From a virus (Duplodnaviria; Caudoviricetes): a stretch of DNA of 36,209 nucleotides. Location of the stretch: positions 1 through 36,209 of IMG/VR virus record IMGVR_UViG_3300034420_000018. The stretch is one strand, 5' to 3'. Both the position numbers and the translations under genes were made by a program. Position 1 is the first letter of the stretch. Every line of letters starts with the position of its first letter. The notes beneath the pieces were generated by a model. It made no database searches. It was not told the DNA's origin and saw only the letters and a list, made by a program, of their open reading frames with translations. Of this stretch, positions 34,209 to 36,209 are shown one piece after another.

Positions 34209-34745
34209 ATGTCCACCTACCGTCGATCCACCAACGTCTCGACGGCCCAGAGCACGGCAACGCTGGTCATGGCGAACATCTCCACGGCGGATTCGATTGC
34301 CGCGAAGGTGATGGCCGACATCAGCGTGGCCGACTCGAAGGCCCTAAGCGTCAGCACCAACACGTCCGTCGCCGACTCCAAGAGCGTCAGTCAGTCCGTG
34401 CTGACCTCGACTTCGGATAGCGTCAGCGTGTCTGCTGGAACACGCGCCTCGGTCGCCAACTCCACGGGCACGTCCATCGCGGATTCCGGCAACCAGTCGT
34501 CGGCTACGTCGGTCGCTACGTCCGCCGCCGCCCCGATCAGTACCGCCGATTCCAAGGCGCTGTCGGTGTCGCTCCTGACCAGCACCGCCGACTCGAAAAC
34601 GACCTCCTCGGGACTGCTCACGTCTGCCGCCACGTCGCGGTCGCTGTCGAACTCCACGCTCATCTCGACCGCCGATTCCAAGGCGTTGAGCGGAGCGGTG
34701 CGCGTCAGTACGTGCGAAAGCCGTGCGACGCGGGCCGGTTGGTAG
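34209..34745 (+). CDS. Ser/Thr-rich STADSK-repeat protein 2 (paralog)
   Basis: Three STADSK and two SVADSK copies plus degenerate ones; same frame as protein 1. Confidence 0.82.
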   Translation: MSTYRRSTNVSTAQSTATLVMANISTADSIAAKVMADISVADSKALSVSTNTSVADSKSVSQSVLTSTSDSVSVSAGTRASVANSTGTSIADSGNQSSATSVATSAAAPISTADSKALSVSLLTSTADSKTTSSGLLTSAATSRSLSNSTLISTADSKALSGAVRVSTCESRATRAGW

Positions 34746-34746
34746 T

Positions 34747-34908
34747 ATGGGACTCCTTGATATGCAGATGTCTGGCGCTCCAAAGCGGATGAAGCCCCTC
34801 GTCGATATGGCGGGGCGGCGGAAGCCCGTCAACAAGCGTCCCAAGAAGGTGAAGGTCCGTCCGACCATCACGGCCCACGCGCTTGCGCGGGTCAAGGGAG
34901 CACTCTAA
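34747..34908 (+). CDS. Small Lys/Arg-rich protein
   Basis: MGLLDMQMSGAPKRMKPLVDMAGRRKPVNKRPKKVKVRP...; fills the gap. Confidence 0.6.
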   Translation: MGLLDMQMSGAPKRMKPLVDMAGRRKPVNKRPKKVKVRPTITAHALARVKGAL

Positions 34909-34922
34909 CCGTAGGAGATCGA

Positions 34923-35984
34923 ATGCCGCTGGCCATCGAGCCGCTGGGCCGTCCCGTGTCGCCACCGAACGGCCCACCGCTCACGGAAGCACCGCAGGGA
35001 TCGCCAAGAATCTGTCACTGGAGTATAACTAATGGGTCGGGGATGCATCGCGTTGCGGAATCACTGGCCGACGCGGAACGCGCACTCGGCCTCGACTCCA
35101 TCTGCGCCGATCCGTCGAAGTCCGAGACGTGGCCGGACAGTTACGACGCCGATGTCCACGTCTGCCACACCCACATCCCGTCCCGACTCAAGGAGTACGC
35201 GACGAAGCCGTATCGCGTTGTCTGGGTCGGGCACGGGACGCCGGAACACGTCGTCGAGCTTTCGGTGCAAGAAGCCGAAGGGGGCGCCTACGGGCACGGC
35301 GACGGCGTGCAACTGCTCTTGTACTGGCTCCGCGAGGCCGATGCGCGCGTGACGTTCTGGGACCGGCACAAGTGGATTTATGATCGGTTCCTGACGAAGG
35401 GCGCGCGGCCTACAGATTGCGTACCGCTCGGCGTGGACCTGTCGTTCTGGGCCGATCCGGTGCCGAGTCGCGGGAAGTTCGCGGGCGACCCGTCCGTCTT
35501 CACGGCGGAGAACCCGCACCGCATCAAGTGGCCGCTGGATACGTACTGGCTCTGGCCGTCCATCACGGAGGAGTTCACGGAAGCGCGACTCCATTCGGTG
35601 TATATGCCGAAGGATTTGCACCGCGTGTTCTTCCCTCTGGTCGATGGCAACGGCACCGCATTCACGAGCTACATCACGCCGATGGTATTCGACAAGGAAG
35701 GGTTGCGCAACGCCTTCCGCTCGACCGACTACACGCTGGGGCTGGTGCGCTACGGCGACATCAACCATCTCTCGTTGCAGGCCGCAGCGGCTGGGGCAAA
35801 GACGATCAGCTATCGCGGCAACCCGTACGCCTCGTTCTGGCTCACCGAAGGCGACCAGCGGGAGATGACCCAAGAACTGCTTGCCATCCTGCGGGGCGAT
35901 GTCGAACCCCGCGCTATTCCTCCCATTCCAGATGTTAGCGACACGGCCAAGGCCATGTCCCGCATCTACTCGGAGATTCTGTGA
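34923..35984 (+). CDS. GT-B fold (GT4-like) glycosyltransferase
   Basis: GSGMHRVAESLA, DVHVCH, VWVGHG, VPLGVD, HRIKWP, SLQAAAAGAKTI; AGGAG RBS. Confidence 0.8.
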   Translation: MPLAIEPLGRPVSPPNGPPLTEAPQGSPRICHWSITNGSGMHRVAESLADAERALGLDSICADPSKSETWPDSYDADVHVCHTHIPSRLKEYATKPYRVVWVGHGTPEHVVELSVQEAEGGAYGHGDGVQLLLYWLREADARVTFWDRHKWIYDRFLTKGARPTDCVPLGVDLSFWADPVPSRGKFAGDPSVFTAENPHRIKWPLDTYWLWPSITEEFTEARLHSVYMPKDLHRVFFPLVDGNGTAFTSYITPMVFDKEGLRNAFRSTDYTLGLVRYGDINHLSLQAAAAGAKTISYRGNPYASFWLTEGDQREMTQELLAILRGDVEPRAIPPIPDVSDTAKAMSRIYSEIL

Positions 35985-36209
35985 CCGACGACGACCTGAC
36001 GTACCCGCCCCGTCCCGCCGTCTTCATCCACCCGCAGGCCGACGTGGACCCGACCGTCGAAATCGGGGAAGGCTCGAAAATCTGGGCCTGTACGGGCATC
36101 CTGTACGATGTAAAGATCGGCCACAACGTGAACATCGGGCGCTGTTCGGAGGTCGGCCACGGCTCGACCATCGGCGACGGCACCCGCATCGGGTTCAACG
36201 TCTTCCTGC
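35981..36209 (+). CDS. Hexapeptide-repeat (left-handed beta-helix) acyltransferase, WbpD/WxcM-like; truncated by window end
   Basis: Manual translation VFIHPQADVDPTVEIGEGSKIWACTGILYDVKIGHNVNIGRCSEVGHGSTIGDGTRIG; GTGA overlap with the GT. Confidence 0.85.
   Translation, partial: MTDDDLTYPPRPAVFIHPQADVDPTVEIGEGSKIWACTGILYDVKIGHNVNIGRCSEVGHGSTIGDGTRIGFNVFL

Larger units (their letters stand above)
1..36209. mobile_element. Tailed bacteriophage genome segment (podovirus-like, P22-style portal/adaptor/nozzle/ejection gene order)
   Basis: TerS-TerL-portal-scaffold-capsid-adaptor-nozzle-tailspike-ejection order on the + strand; divergent arm of small early genes; no tape measure or sheath gene; no host housekeeping genes. 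Confidence 0.95.

Noticed and set aside
33654-34745. CRISPR array or non-coding tandem repeat
   Set aside because: The repeats are degenerate at third codon positions, keep one reading frame and have no constant repeat-spacer pattern.

Overview
This is a GC-rich tailed-phage (podovirus-type) genome segment with two divergent arms. The left arm (1-13808, almost all minus strand) is a chain of small, translationally coupled early/accessory genes. It includes a C5 cytosine methyltransferase, a stand-alone LexA DNA-binding domain, RusA, an XF1762/Mom-like protein and many mosaic hypothetical proteins joined by short repeated DNA linkers. The right arm (14032-36209, plus strand) is the virion module: TerS, a head-fibre-like protein, TerL, portal, scaffold, major capsid, adaptor, nozzle, tailspike and ejection proteins. 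Two things stand out. First, the major capsid gene is split by a 756-nt group I intron (23361-24116) with a complete IGS/P1/P10 and P3/P4/P7 core, carrying a LAGLIDADG homing endonuclease, and a second free-standing EndoVII-type nuclease follows the capsid gene. Second, there is a candidate virion glycosylation system: two tandem Ser/Thr/Ala-rich STADSK-repeat proteins followed by a GT4-type glycosyltransferase and a sugar N-acyltransferase, plus a GT2-type enzyme inside the head-tail genes. No tRNA, CRISPR array, integrase, polymerase or lysin was recognised in the window. Family assignments come from motif recognition by eye; no database search was run.
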